Shown here piece by piece: positions 52,301 through 62,751 of a DNA stretch of 64,000 bases; position 1 is the first letter of the stretch, and the number at the start of each line of letters is the position of its first letter. A program made the position numbers and the translations under genes. Source of the stretch: Pelagomonas calceolata (Eukaryota); NCBI GenBank assembly GCA_918797485.1, contig CAKKNE010000001.1:3906001-3970000 (forward strand), given 5' to 3'. The notes under the pieces are model-generated. The model was not told the origin of the DNA. It saw nothing but the letters and a program-made list of their open reading frames with translations, and did no database searches.

Positions 52301-53343
52301 GCGGCGGGCGAGCAGGACGCGCTGCTTGAGTTAAAAACGCGCACGAAGCGCCTGGCGTTCCTGGAGAGCCACGCTGTTGAATCTGATGTGAAAAGCGACG
52401 ACGACGAGGTCTGCCGCATCTGCCTGGAGCGGCTCGACGCGTGCGGCGGCTACGACACGACGACGTCACTCGTAAGCGTGCTGCCCTGCGGCCACGCCTT
52501 CCACGACGCCTGTTTGCGGAAGTGGGCGAAGTCCAAGTGCCCGTCGTGCCGCGGCAATTATGGCGAGGCCGACGTGCGCAGCGCCGTCCGGAACAGTGTC
52601 ACTGGGACGCGCGCCGTCGAGGCCACCAAACTTGATAGTTTTCTCGAGGACGCTCAACAGGCAGTCGCGCGGGGCGAGCAGTCGGTGCGTGACGCGGCGT
52701 CTCACGCTCCTAAGGACCGCCAGGCCGGCGCGATGCACCTTCCTATTGCAATCGCCCACAAGGAGGCGGATGCTCCGAGAGGAATTGGTCGTTCGCAGAA
52801 CGGAGCGCGTCCCGAGAGCAATCGCGACGCGACTAACGGGCGGCCGACACGCAGGTCGTCTTCTCGAACTTCGAGGAGGTGCTCGACGTCGTCGGCGCGG
52901 CGCTGCGCCGCAAGGGCCTCGAGGCGGCGCGCTTCCCGAAGGGCGTGGCGCCGTTTACTGCTTCAGAGTCGCGCGTGAGCTTCCTGCTGGCGCCGGTAGG
53001 GCGCGCGAACAACGGCTTAACGCTCGTGAACGCCGTGAACGTGTTCTTGCTCGAGCAGCCGGCGTGTGCCGCCGTCGAACTCCAATGCGTGAATCGGGTC
53101 CACCGCGTCGGGCAGACGCGGCCGACCACGGTTTATAGATATGTGGTCAAGGACACGATCGAGGACGCGATCTATGAGTACCACCGGACGCACACGGCAT
53201 CCGTCGAGGAGGACGTGAAGGAGGCGGAGATCAATGCGGCGAAGCTACTGTCGGCGCACGTGCTGCGGAAGCGTCAGAAAGTCGCGGTGGATTCCTCCTC
53301 CGGCAGCACGGACGCTTCTGACGACGCCCCTGCTTCTGACTGA
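49310..53343 (+). CDS. SNF2 helicase with PHD-like and RING fingers (SHPRH-like); intron 52685-52854
   Basis: GGVLADEMGLGKT, WRRVCLDEAQ, RWCVSGTP, LRQACVHP, RING CRIC..PCGH.FH..C..CPSC. Splicing GEQS|VVFSNF restores the helicase C domain (GLTL..A, Q..NRVHRVGQ). Branch point CTAAC at 52833. Confidence 0.9.
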
Positions 53344-53478
53344 CTGTGTAATATAGTTGTGTGCTATCATGATTGACTACACGCGACGACTTGCGCGACT
53401 AAGCAAGCCGGACATCAGCCCCAGACGCCATCGGCGCACGCGACTCGGACACCGCGATACAACTTGGGTTCTTACACA

Positions 53479-54285
53479 CTATTCGTCGGCCGACTCCAGG
53501 GCCGGCGGCTGGCCCGCCGTGATGCCCGCGTCGAGCTTATCGCTCAGAAGCTTCTCGGCCGCGGCCTTCCGTTCGGCGCGCAGCCGCCGCCGCGTCTCGC
53601 GCCGTTCCATTTGCTTCTTCTCCATCGCGGCCTCCATGTTCAGTTGCCGCTGCAACAGCACGCGTTCCTCGGCCTCGCGGTGCAGACTGTCGAGCATCGC
53701 CGTCTCGGCCGCGAGCTCCGCCTCCTCGCGGCGCGCGGCCTCCAGGAGCGCAAAGACGCCGCCCGGCGCCTTCGCGCGCGCGACGTGGCTGCGCAGCGCG
53801 GCGCCCTCGAACCGCTCCCGGCGGTCGACGGCGCGCGTCGCCGCGGCCAAGGCGGCGAACGCGCCCGACGACCCGGCCAGGTCCGCCGGCGTCTTGTTCG
53901 CCTTGCTCGTCGAGGCGGGGTCCGCGCCCGCGGCGACGAGCATCTCCACGATACTTGGATCGCCCCGCACCGCCGCGTGGTGCAGGGCCGTCCGGCCCTG
54001 CTTATCGCGCGCGTCGACCCACGCTTCATCAACTCTTAGCGCGTGGCTCCGCTTCTCGTCGTTCAGCACGCCCAGCAGCAGCCGCACGCAGCCCCGCGCG
54101 CTCCTGGCGCAGGCGCAGTGCAAAGCAGTCATCCCATCCTTGTCGGCGTGGCTCAGATCGATGTTCTGCGCCATCGCCTCCTCCAGTAAATCAGAGCGGC
54201 CCGCGGTGGCGGCGAAGTGGGCGTCCGTGCGGTCGCTGCCCGCGAGCAGGCCGGCGTCCCTTTTTGTGCGTCTCTTTGGGGGCAT
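53479..54285 (-). CDS. Ankyrin repeat protein with C-terminal coiled coil
   Basis: DKDGMTALHCA, DKQGRTALHHAA..G...IVEMLVAAGADP, KTPADLA. Confidence 0.88.
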   Translation of the reverse strand: MPPKRRTKRDAGLLAGSDRTDAHFAATAGRSDLLEEAMAQNIDLSHADKDGMTALHCACARSARGCVRLLLGVLNDEKRSHALRVDEAWVDARDKQGRTALHHAAVRGDPSIVEMLVAAGADPASTSKANKTPADLAGSSGAFAALAAATRAVDRRERFEGAALRSHVARAKAPGGVFALLEAARREEAELAAETAMLDSLHREAEERVLLQRQLNMEAAMEKKQMERRETRRRLRAERKAAAEKLLSDKLDAGITAGQPPALESADE

Positions 54286-54429
54286 GGCGGTCCTGGGCTG
54301 CCTGGTTTTTGGCCTACGGACGGTGGCGAGCGGGCTGGGTACTTCCTTCTTCTTGCGGGCCCGGCTCGTCGCGCTGGGGCAGCGCTGCGGCTCACGCTGG
54401 CTTGATGCTCTCCGCGCTGTATTAATCAT

Positions 54430-54449
54430 CTAGCGTATCGACACACTAG
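54430..54449. promoter_or_regulatory. CTAG-bounded promoter motif variant (CTAGCGTATCGACACACTAG)
   Basis: Midway between divergent ATGs 54285 and 54612. Confidence 0.6.
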
Positions 54450-54611
54450 CTGTATCCAGCTCATCCAAGTTTTGGGTCGCGAGGCGAGCGTGAGCGGCCA
54501 AAATTAGTGCGGAATAGTTGATAAGGCTTTTTACAGCCTCCTTGCATCTCGCGGCAAGCGCGTGCACCCTCGCAAGCCCTCTCAGTGACGACACCAATCA
54601 GGGTCATTGAC

Positions 54612-56069
54612 ATGGAGCAGCCGCCGCCGCAATCAGCGCCGGCGGATGACGAGGAAGCCAAGCGACAGGAGGCTTGCAAGAGACTAGAACACATCATGGC
54701 GAAACCTCTGGAAGTGGTCGAGCCGTTCCCGTTCGAAACTCTCGACGCGGACCTCCGTCGGAACGTCCTGACGTTCGTGCTCACCGCGCCGACGGACGGC
54801 GCGACGGGCGTGCTCCGAGTTGTGAAAAGGAAAAACAAGGGTGAATACCCCCGCGTGCCGGAGTCCGCGACGATGGCGCTCCGCACGCTCGTGCACCACA
54901 CGCGCACCATCAAAGCAGTCTCGACGGCGGTCTGCGCCGACGTCCGCGTCCTCGAAAAAACGGTCGTCAAGCCGGAAAAATGGCTCGAAGGGCTCTGGCT
55001 CGTCGAAGCGGGGGCGCGATCGCGAGACCAGGCGCTCGCGGAATGTCGCCAGAGAACTGTTGTCGCGGGACGCGCCAACATCGCGGTGGAACTATATAGC
55101 CGCCTCGGTCATTGCGGCGACCGCCGAGAGGTCGTAGTGAAGTGCCCGGCGACCTGGCCCGAGCAGCGCGCAAAAGAAGCGCAGGATATATTCCAGATGG
55201 GAGGGGAGTATGGGGCCGAGGAAGAAGAGAACAAGGACATAGAGCTCTCGTGGGCGCATACGCGCTGCAAGCCCGCAGAGGAGGTCCATGGCCTGGCGCC
55301 TGTCGACGCCAAGTACCTCAAAGCTCTGGCCAGCGCTGCGTTCGGTGGCTTCGTGGACGCAGTCCGACACCTACCGTCGTGGACGCTCCTCGTCACCGAC
55401 GTCAAACTCCTTTACATCGGCGGCTACTTGGAGACGACGGACGACAATGGGGTACGAACGGGTCGGACGCGCGCGCGCGGAGACGCCGCGGACTACGACG
55501 CGCTCGACGCCGGCCTAGCCGCTTTCTTCGGAGAAGAAACGGTGCGTCGGGCGCCGTGGGTGAAGGCCTGGTGCAATGGTCGTCGCGCGTACCCCTACGA
55601 CGAGGAGGAGTTCGCCGCCGCCTCTGGTATAAGGGCCCAGTTCCTGGCCCGGAAACACGACGCGAGCCGACCGCCCCTGACCCGCATCCGCGACGCAGAC
55701 AAGAATGAGCTGCTCCCGATGGGCGACCTACAGCTCGCGGGCAACGATTTTGCTTTCGTTTCGGACAAGCCGCTGCTTAGCGCGGCGACGATCGATATCA
55801 CGTTTAGCGACGACGCGGAGGGCGCCGAACAGGCGCCGTTCCAGCATGAACCGCCTAACTCGCCGCCGTCGTACACGTTCATCCAGGGCATCGACTCGCT
55901 CACGTGTCGCGGCGGCGGTACATGTGGAAACCTCGACGACGTGAAGTTCAAGATTAAAACGCACGTACACTCTCGCGCCAAGAACCTCGAAGACGCTATC
56001 TTATGGGTGCCGATCGTCGAGGGCGTCTTCCAAGTGCTGTGCAGCTGCAAAATCGTGGGCCTCAGCTAG
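54612..56069 (+). CDS. Hypothetical protein with possible F-box-like N-terminus
   Basis: Long ORF; FPFETLDADLRRNVLTFVL. Confidence 0.6.
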   Translation: MEQPPPQSAPADDEEAKRQEACKRLEHIMAKPLEVVEPFPFETLDADLRRNVLTFVLTAPTDGATGVLRVVKRKNKGEYPRVPESATMALRTLVHHTRTIKAVSTAVCADVRVLEKTVVKPEKWLEGLWLVEAGARSRDQALAECRQRTVVAGRANIAVELYSRLGHCGDRREVVVKCPATWPEQRAKEAQDIFQMGGEYGAEEEENKDIELSWAHTRCKPAEEVHGLAPVDAKYLKALASAAFGGFVDAVRHLPSWTLLVTDVKLLYIGGYLETTDDNGVRTGRTRARGDAADYDALDAGLAAFFGEETVRRAPWVKAWCNGRRAYPYDEEEFAAASGIRAQFLARKHDASRPPLTRIRDADKNELLPMGDLQLAGNDFAFVSDKPLLSAATIDITFSDDAEGAEQAPFQHEPPNSPPSYTFIQGIDSLTCRGGGTCGNLDDVKFKIKTHVHSRAKNLEDAILWVPIVEGVFQVLCSCKIVGLS

Positions 56070-56096
56070 GGGCGCGGAGCGCGAGCTAAGACTACG

Positions 56097-57644
56097 CTAT
56101 CGAATATTATCCCCAACCCCGGGCGCGACGTACAGCACGACGTCCTCCTCCTCCTCCGAAGACACGGCGTCCTCATCCAGAAATTCGGAGGGCCGCAGCG
56201 TCGTCTCGCGGATGAAGCCCGTCTCGGTGTCATCGGCCGGATCTTCGGCGGCGGCGAGGACCGCGCCGGGATACGAGGACGGGTCCAGGGCGGCCCGCGC
56301 GACCTCGAGCGACCAGACCGCGAGGCCCAGCACGAGCACCATCAGGCCTTTATATTCTAACGACGTGATGACGTCGCCGTAGGCCACCGCACCGGCTAGG
56401 GCCGTCAGGGCCCCCCGTATAGAAGCGAAGACCGCCACGATCAACGCCGAGAACCGCTTCACGACGCACAGCGTCAGGAAGGCGTCCAGCGACGCTAACA
56501 CACAAGACGGCGCGATCAGGTAGGCGCCTCCATCGTATCGAGGAAAGGCCCCGTGTGTCACGTGGTTGATGTGCGGCACTTGTACATGCGTCGGCGCGAG
56601 CTCGAGCAGTATCGCCGCGATGGCGACCAACGCGCAGGCGTAGGGCGTCGTCCTATATAACGCCGCGCCGACGGACTCCTCATGCGCTCGGAAGCGCCGC
56701 TCGAAGGCCACCAAATAAGCGGCACCGATCAAACGACTCGCCGCGAGGACGCCCGTGCACAGCGCATTTCTCTCTACTCGCGCATCTCCTAACGCGGCGA
56801 TGCCCGCCCCGCCGAAGCACACCAATAGCGCCAGCGCCGCCCCGTGGCCGCCCGGCGGGTACGCCGACGTCTTGCGGCCGCACCAGCACGAGTCGTACTC
56901 TTCATTTTCACTCGATTCTTTCACGGCGTAGCCTATTATCAAAACGCAGACGCCCTGCACGGCCGCGCCGGCGGCCGCCACCCTTGGACCGCCCGCCCGC
57001 ATGACCTCCGCGGCGACGGCCGTACTCAGGCCTATCGCGAGCCCGAGGAGCACGTCATTCCAACGCCACGGCTTTGAGGCTTTGTTGTACACCAGTACAA
57101 AGCCCAGACATGTTATAACAACGAGCTGGCACAGCGTCAGCGTCAGCGGGTACGGGAAGCCGCCCCTTAACAATTCTCTATCCACAAGGTCGTGCGGCAC
57201 GCCAATCAACAAATAGGCCACCATCCAGAAAAAGCCGGCCCGCGTCTCGCGCGCCACTCGCGCCTCGCCGGGCCCCGCGCCCTGGACCATGGAACTCCGA
57301 CCGTCGGGGCCGCACGCGAGGCGCGGCGCCAGTATCAAAGCGGCCGCGACGACGCTCAGCCCGCAGGTGAACGCGGACCGCTGGCGCGCAAGTTTACTAC
57401 CGCGGTCTCTCCTTCTCAACTTCCGCGGCTCGCCCGGCCGCACGCGCGCCTCGAGCTGCTCAACGAGGCGCAGCGTCGGCGGCCCGGCCGTGGCCGGCCC
57501 GAGCCTCGTCAGCGCCGCGCCGAGGCCCAGGAAGGTCACGACGTATCGGCGTTGCGGCCAGGCGCAGCGTCGTGCGGACGTGCTCGGCGTGGTGCCGTAG
57601 CTGCTCTTGCTGCCGCCCAGCAGGGGGCGCTCCTCCTTACGCAT
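56097..57644 (-). CDS. DMT/triose-phosphate-transporter (SLC35E-like) family membrane transporter
   Basis: GFPYPLTLT..Q, about 10 TM segments, VKRFSAL...V....R, YGD.IT.L. Confidence 0.75.
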   Translation of the reverse strand: MRKEERPLLGGSKSSYGTTPSTSARRCAWPQRRYVVTFLGLGAALTRLGPATAGPPTLRLVEQLEARVRPGEPRKLRRRDRGSKLARQRSAFTCGLSVVAAALILAPRLACGPDGRSSMVQGAGPGEARVARETRAGFFWMVAYLLIGVPHDLVDRELLRGGFPYPLTLTLCQLVVITCLGFVLVYNKASKPWRWNDVLLGLAIGLSTAVAAEVMRAGGPRVAAAGAAVQGVCVLIIGYAVKESSENEEYDSCWCGRKTSAYPPGGHGAALALLVCFGGAGIAALGDARVERNALCTGVLAASRLIGAAYLVAFERRFRAHEESVGAALYRTTPYACALVAIAAILLELAPTHVQVPHINHVTHGAFPRYDGGAYLIAPSCVLASLDAFLTLCVVKRFSALIVAVFASIRGALTALAGAVAYGDVITSLEYKGLMVLVLGLAVWSLEVARAALDPSSYPGAVLAAAEDPADDTETGFIRETTLRPSEFLDEDAVSSEEEEDVVLYVAPGVGDNIR

Positions 57645-57990
57645 CGTGCGCGTCTTTGGTAATACGCTCCGTGTCCTCCATGGGGCGCCGATCGTGAGCT
57701 ACGAGGCTGCCTCGCGGCGCGTGGGCCGCGTGCGGCCTTCGTTTTACGGGCCGCCCGAGAAGCTGAGTTCCACCGGGCGGCCCGCGAGGTCGAGACCCCC
57801 GAGGTTGCGGCCCGGACGTCTCCACCGGGTCATTCGGACGTCTCCTGTGCCTCGTTCTACTACTAGGCTGGTGGATGCGGCGACTTCGATGGTTGTGTGC
57901 TCACAGCGGGCGGCGGCGCGGTGGTGCCCACAGGCCCGACGCCATCGACGCGATGCTCAGACTCGAAGCTCTTACGCCCTGACTACCACC

Positions 57991-58998
57991 TCAGACATTG
58001 TTCGCCTTGTTCTTCTGGAGGAGGTCCTCGAGCGACGACTCGCCGGCCGGCTTCTCCTGGGCCGCCGGCTTCGCCGCCGGCGCGCTCTGCGACGCGCGCG
58101 AGTAGGCCATCATGCCCGCGATGGCCATGACCATGCCCAGGAGCTGCTGGCCCGTGATGACGCCGCCGAAGAAGACGTAGCCGACCACGAGCACGCAGAC
58201 CGTCTTTGCGTGGCCCAGCACTTGATAGGTGACGGCCGTGAAGCGGCCGAGCACGAGGAACTGGGACACATTCACCAAAACCGCCGCCGAGCAGGACAGG
58301 GCCATGCACACCATGGCCCCCTGCGTCCACTCGTAGTCCGTCACGTAGCCCCCGGTCGAGAGCTTGTCCAGGACCGGGCTCAACAACAGTAATGAGGCCC
58401 CCTGCGCCGGCGCGACCACACCCAGCAATTGCCCCGCGCTCACGTTGTGCTTGAGCTGGAGGTGTCTGACTAAAAGTTGCTGGCCCGACGACGACACGAC
58501 GGAACACAGCGCCACGAAGACGCCTAACGTACTATCAGAGTAGTTCAGCTCGTTGATCGAAACCAATCCCACACCCATCAGCGTGACCACTATAGCTAAC
58601 ACCATCTTCGACGTGAAGACCCGACCATATAACAAGTACTCCACGCAGCACGTGCACGGAATGATTCCTAATTTAGCAATCTGGTACAACGTAATGGAGT
58701 TGAGCATGAGCGACGTGTTCAGACTAATAATGGACGCGTTCGATACCGTCGTGAAGAGCACCACAGAACTAAGAGGCACGTGCGCGGGCGCCTTCGACGA
58801 CTCCTCCTGCTTGGCCAGCCCAATCACCTTGGCGACGCGCGTCCAGATCGACGTCGTGATGTAGTGCAGCGCGTTCAGGGTCACTACATATCTAAAGTTG
58901 AAATTCGGCGGGCTTCCCATCAGCCGCTTGTTGACGGAGATGATGAACACGCTCGAAATGATGTTGAGCACGAAGGCGCCCGCGTCGCCGGCCGCCAT
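57991..58998 (-). CDS. Nucleotide-sugar transporter (SLC35E3/UXT-URGT-like)
   Basis: NIISSVFIISVNK.LM, N.SLMLNSITLYQIAKLGIIP, VNVSQFLVLGRFTAVTYQVLGHAKT. Confidence 0.9.
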   Translation of the reverse strand: MAAGDAGAFVLNIISSVFIISVNKRLMGSPPNFNFRYVVTLNALHYITTSIWTRVAKVIGLAKQEESSKAPAHVPLSSVVLFTTVSNASIISLNTSLMLNSITLYQIAKLGIIPCTCCVEYLLYGRVFTSKMVLAIVVTLMGVGLVSINELNYSDSTLGVFVALCSVVSSSGQQLLVRHLQLKHNVSAGQLLGVVAPAQGASLLLLSPVLDKLSTGGYVTDYEWTQGAMVCMALSCSAAVLVNVSQFLVLGRFTAVTYQVLGHAKTVCVLVVGYVFFGGVITGQQLLGMVMAIAGMMAYSRASQSAPAAKPAAQEKPAGESSLEDLLQKNKANNV

Positions 58999-59655
58999 GG
59001 TGCTCAGCGAGGCCGGCTCCGGTGGCGGTGGGGGCGCGGCGGTTGTCTTTGCGGCGGCTTTGTGGCGGCGGGGCCGCAGCTGTGGCGGCGTCTTGCTAGT
59101 TTTTGGCAGCCTGCGCGATTTTCGAGGCGAAAGCTCGGTCTAGCAAGCAGTGAATATTTTGGCAGTGATCTCCGCAGCGCTTAAAACCGCGGGCGTTTCT
59201 CTGCGATTGATGCAATAATCGTGATCCGTGACACGGGTTGGCGACCTGGGTGCGCTGCGTGCGTTCCGGAGGCCGTCGATTGGCTGCTATGAGTGGCTTG
59301 TACGTCGCGTCGGGCTGGTGTCTTGCCGGCTTTGGGGTGTGTCGCGCGGTACGATTCCTTGTCCGCCGCTTCAGGGAACCATGCTGAGAAAGATCGTACG
59401 CTGCTGGAGGCCTACTGGTTTTGGCGCGAACCCGTTTTACACGGCAATTTTGGGCCTCCTCTGCGGCGCTTTTAGAGGACGTCCTTGGCAAGCATTGCTG
59501 GCGCAGACCGCCGCATAAATCGCCTAGAGTACCGCTGCAGCCATTCCGCTGCAATCGACCACTCATAACCCGCAGCAGCAGTCATAAAAAGCTGTGCCAG
59601 CCAATTTATGCTGCAAAAAACAACTGCGTAATCACTGCAAAGCCAGCGACGCGAG

Positions 59656-60444
59656 ATGCAGATAACGAGACCGCGCGCCATCCTGCTGGCCGTGAGCATC
59701 CTGCTGCTGGGCACCTTCATCCTCACGCGGCGCGGCGCCGGCGCGTCGTCGTCCGCACAAGACGATGAATTAGCTGCGGCGCGCGCGGCCGTCGCGTCCG
59801 TCGACGCCTACGTCGCGAGCTGCAAGGCCGCGAAGGAGAAATATGGGTACAGTTTGGACGGGGACATCTCGGTCGTGCGGCCGTGGCTCGCGATTGGCGG
59901 CCGGCCCGACGCAACGCTGCTGGAGTGGCGGCATGACAACAAGAGGCGCATCACGCACGTCGTGAACGCCCTCGAGCGCGACGAGGAGCCCGAAGTGACA
60001 GAAGCGTACGGAGACAATATTCTCAAACTGAACCTCAAGGACGACGGCGACGATGCGCGCTTCGCCGCGTTAGTGCCGGAGGTCGTGGCCTTCGTCCGGC
60101 GGGCGCGCGCGGCGGATCCGAACGCGGTCGTCTACGTCCACTGCAAGAGCGGCGTGAACCGTGCGCCCTCGCTCGCGATGGCGCTGCTCATATCGCTGGA
60201 TAGGGCGACCTTCGTCGAGGCGCTGGCCGCCGTGCGCGCGGCGCGGCCGTCGTGCCGGCCGAAGTACGTCCAGGCCGTCGCGGTCTACGAGGAGCGGGAG
60301 CTCGGGCGGTCGACGGCGCCGGCGCTGCGCGACGGCGTCGACTCGGCCGGCTTCTGCGACCTCTACTACGGGCTCAAGGAGGACTACAGCGGCGGCGACG
60401 CGGCCGGGGAGCGGTGGCGGAGCGATCATCATCACGCGAAGTAA
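59656..60444 (+). CDS. Dual-specificity phosphatase with N-terminal signal anchor
   Basis: ITHVVN, WPD-like LKDD, P-loop VYVHCKSGVNRA, VRAARP; hydrophobic N-terminus. Confidence 0.85.
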   Translation: MQITRPRAILLAVSILLLGTFILTRRGAGASSSAQDDELAAARAAVASVDAYVASCKAAKEKYGYSLDGDISVVRPWLAIGGRPDATLLEWRHDNKRRITHVVNALERDEEPEVTEAYGDNILKLNLKDDGDDARFAALVPEVVAFVRRARAADPNAVVYVHCKSGVNRAPSLAMALLISLDRATFVEALAAVRAARPSCRPKYVQAVAVYEERELGRSTAPALRDGVDSAGFCDLYYGLKEDYSGGDAAGERWRSDHHHAK

Positions 60445-60642
60445 GTTGTATGTGACCTGTTTTGTTTGAAATTGAGTGGGCTCTCGCGCCGTCGGTCCCG
60501 CCACTGTCGTCCGGCATCTACACAATCAATAGATTACAGTGTTGTCGTCTGACCAGCAATTTATCACTGTAACAACAAGACCGCAAGCCTTGCGTTGCGA
60601 GCTGTAGAGAGCACCCAGTGGTGGGCAGCCCATCAGCACATA

Positions 60643-61638
60643 ATGTCCTCGTCGTCGCGCAAACGACGCCTCGTCTCGCCGCAGCAGCCGGACGAAAAGC
60701 GGCGCACGGACCGCATCGTCGTGGATGTGGGCGGCACGCGCTTCACGACGAGTGCGTCGACGTTGACGGCTGGAAGTGAATACTTCGAGCGCCTGCTCTC
60801 GCCGCGCTGGTGCGCCGAGCCGCCGGAGGAGCTCTTTCTCGACCGGGATCCGGAACCGTTCGCCATACTGCTGACGTACATGCGCACCGGGCTGCTCGAG
60901 CTGTCGAAGGACAATCAGTCGATGGCGCGGCGCGTTATGATCGAGGCTGAGTTTCTTGGTATGGTTGGACTGATCGATAGCGTAAAGGCCAAAGCTATTA
61001 AAAACACGGGCTGGGAGGGAACCGAACCGGACGCCGTGAAGTGTTTCGGCTCCTTCGACGCGGCGATCCGCAACGGCATCCTGCCGGCGAGTTTCTTCCC
61101 GCCGCCGCTGCCGCCGCCGCGGAAAATAGTGCAAATACTACCCGCGCCGCCCGGCACGCGGGTAGAGATTCACTGGCGAGACGACGGGGAATATTCGGAA
61201 TGGTTCGACGTGCTGTGCTTGGTTCTCCACGATAGACCGGTACGGCTAAAAGACGGCAACTATTATTTCGAATCGGCGCTCGACGCGTACATACAGCATG
61301 AGCCTCCGGAGGCCGGCCCAGTACTTGCATCGGATGCGTACAACGACCAGACGACCGCGTACAAGATTCATCCCCCAGAACATGGGATAACGGAAATCCC
61401 ACAGGGTGTTCTAGAGGCGCAATACTGGCTGGATATGGATGACCATTCGAAGGGATACGAGACCTACCCAGTCCGCATGCTTAAACGGGGGCAGCACGGA
61501 AAACTCACGCCTGTCGAGCTAGAACAAAAAGATAATACCGGTCGACGTCCGACGGTCCAGTGGAAGGCACTGGCGTCTTTCGTTAACTTCAAGGGCTTCA
61601 CTGGGGGCCGTGATGGTGAAGTTGAAAAAGCGGACTAA
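60643..61638 (+). CDS. BTB/POZ (KCTD-type) domain protein
   Basis: IVVDVGGTRFTTS.STL...SEYF..LL, LFLDRDPEPFAILLTYMRTG, EAEFLG. Confidence 0.88.
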   Translation: MSSSSRKRRLVSPQQPDEKRRTDRIVVDVGGTRFTTSASTLTAGSEYFERLLSPRWCAEPPEELFLDRDPEPFAILLTYMRTGLLELSKDNQSMARRVMIEAEFLGMVGLIDSVKAKAIKNTGWEGTEPDAVKCFGSFDAAIRNGILPASFFPPPLPPPRKIVQILPAPPGTRVEIHWRDDGEYSEWFDVLCLVLHDRPVRLKDGNYYFESALDAYIQHEPPEAGPVLASDAYNDQTTAYKIHPPEHGITEIPQGVLEAQYWLDMDDHSKGYETYPVRMLKRGQHGKLTPVELEQKDNTGRRPTVQWKALASFVNFKGFTGGRDGEVEKAD

Positions 61639-61654
61639 GCATACTATTCATATC

Positions 61655-62485
61655 TTAAAACCGCGCCCTTAGATCGAACGCCCCGATGCCCCCCGGCCCC
61701 GCCCGCCGGTTGAACGACTTCCGCACGCCGTACGTCGGCGGGAGCGAGTACGCGCCCGCGCCGGGCCCCTCCGCCGCCAGGGCCCGGGCCTGGTCCACGG
61801 GGTTCGTGTGCGTCCGCGAATACCCGTAGTCGCTCGCCTTCTTGCGGATGGACGGCCGCGGCGCGCGCGCGCCCGTCGGGTAGCGCATCGACTGGTCACC
61901 CTTGGCGGTCGTTTTTTTCACGGGATACGTGACCTCGTAGGACCCGACCGGCGGCGCCTCCCGCACAAAGTCCCGGTAGAAGCTCCCGGGCGGCGGCCGC
62001 AGCCGCGCGCAGCGCGGTATGGAAAGCGCCTCGCGCTGCCTCTGCATCAATTCCGCGATCGTCGGCCGCGGCACCATGGGCGGCCGCCGCCGCGCCGGCG
62101 CGGACCGCGGCCTCGCGATGGTGGTCCGCGGTTCGGAGGCCGCGATCGCGGTGTCCAGGGCCCGCTCCTCGACCGACGGCCGCCGCGTCGCCGGCGCGGA
62201 CCGCGGCCGCGCCTGGCGCCGTGCCCGCGCCTGCTGCTCCCTCAATTCAGCCTGCTGCTTCGCCTGGCGCGCGGCCCGCCGCCTTTCCCGCTCCCTATCC
62301 GCAGCTTTTTTCCGCAGCTCCGCGTGCCGCCGCTTCTGCCTCAGATGGTCGTGCGGGATGCGCGGCGCGTCCAGTGGGATGGCATGATACGTGAACAGCG
62401 ACGTCGCGCCCGGCGGGTCGTTGATGGAGATGACCGGCCGCGGCGGGCGCTTCAGTCTTATTCCCGGTCGTGACACGCCGTACAT
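61655..62485 (-). CDS. SHIPPO/PGP-repeat-like (axonemal) protein
   Basis: APPVGSYEV and GPGAGAYSLP motifs; basic and Arg-rich. Confidence 0.5.
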   Translation of the reverse strand: MYGVSRPGIRLKRPPRPVISINDPPGATSLFTYHAIPLDAPRIPHDHLRQKRRHAELRKKAADRERERRRAARQAKQQAELREQQARARRQARPRSAPATRRPSVEERALDTAIAASEPRTTIARPRSAPARRRPPMVPRPTIAELMQRQREALSIPRCARLRPPPGSFYRDFVREAPPVGSYEVTYPVKKTTAKGDQSMRYPTGARAPRPSIRKKASDYGYSRTHTNPVDQARALAAEGPGAGAYSLPPTYGVRKSFNRRAGPGGIGAFDLRARF

Positions 62486-62731
62486 GGTTGTTGCTCTTGC
62501 GTTTTACGGCTGCCCGTCGATGTGTTTCGCGGGCTGCCCGACGGCGTCTTCGCGTCGACCGCGTCCAGACCACGGAAGCTCTGGGTGGTCGCGTCTGTGT
62601 TGCTCTCTTTGCAGCGCCTGCGTCTCTGCGTTGAGTCCGGAGAGCAGCCGAGGAGGAAGCCTGCGTGCGAAGTGTTCTCTGTCTCTGAACTCGTCGCACG
62701 CCTGGAAGATTGCTTACAAACCCGCCGAGAG

Positions 62732-62751
62732 CTAGCGTAGCAGGACACTAG
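62732..62751. promoter_or_regulatory. CTAG-bounded promoter motif (CTAGCGTAGCAGGACACTAG)
   Basis: Between divergent ATGs 62485 and 62892. Confidence 0.65.

Noticed and set aside
1800..62751. CTAG motif as CRISPR repeats or Helitron 3' ends
   Set aside because: Copies are single, kilobases apart, with no spacers, shared flanks or subterminal hairpin, and they are strictly promoter-side.
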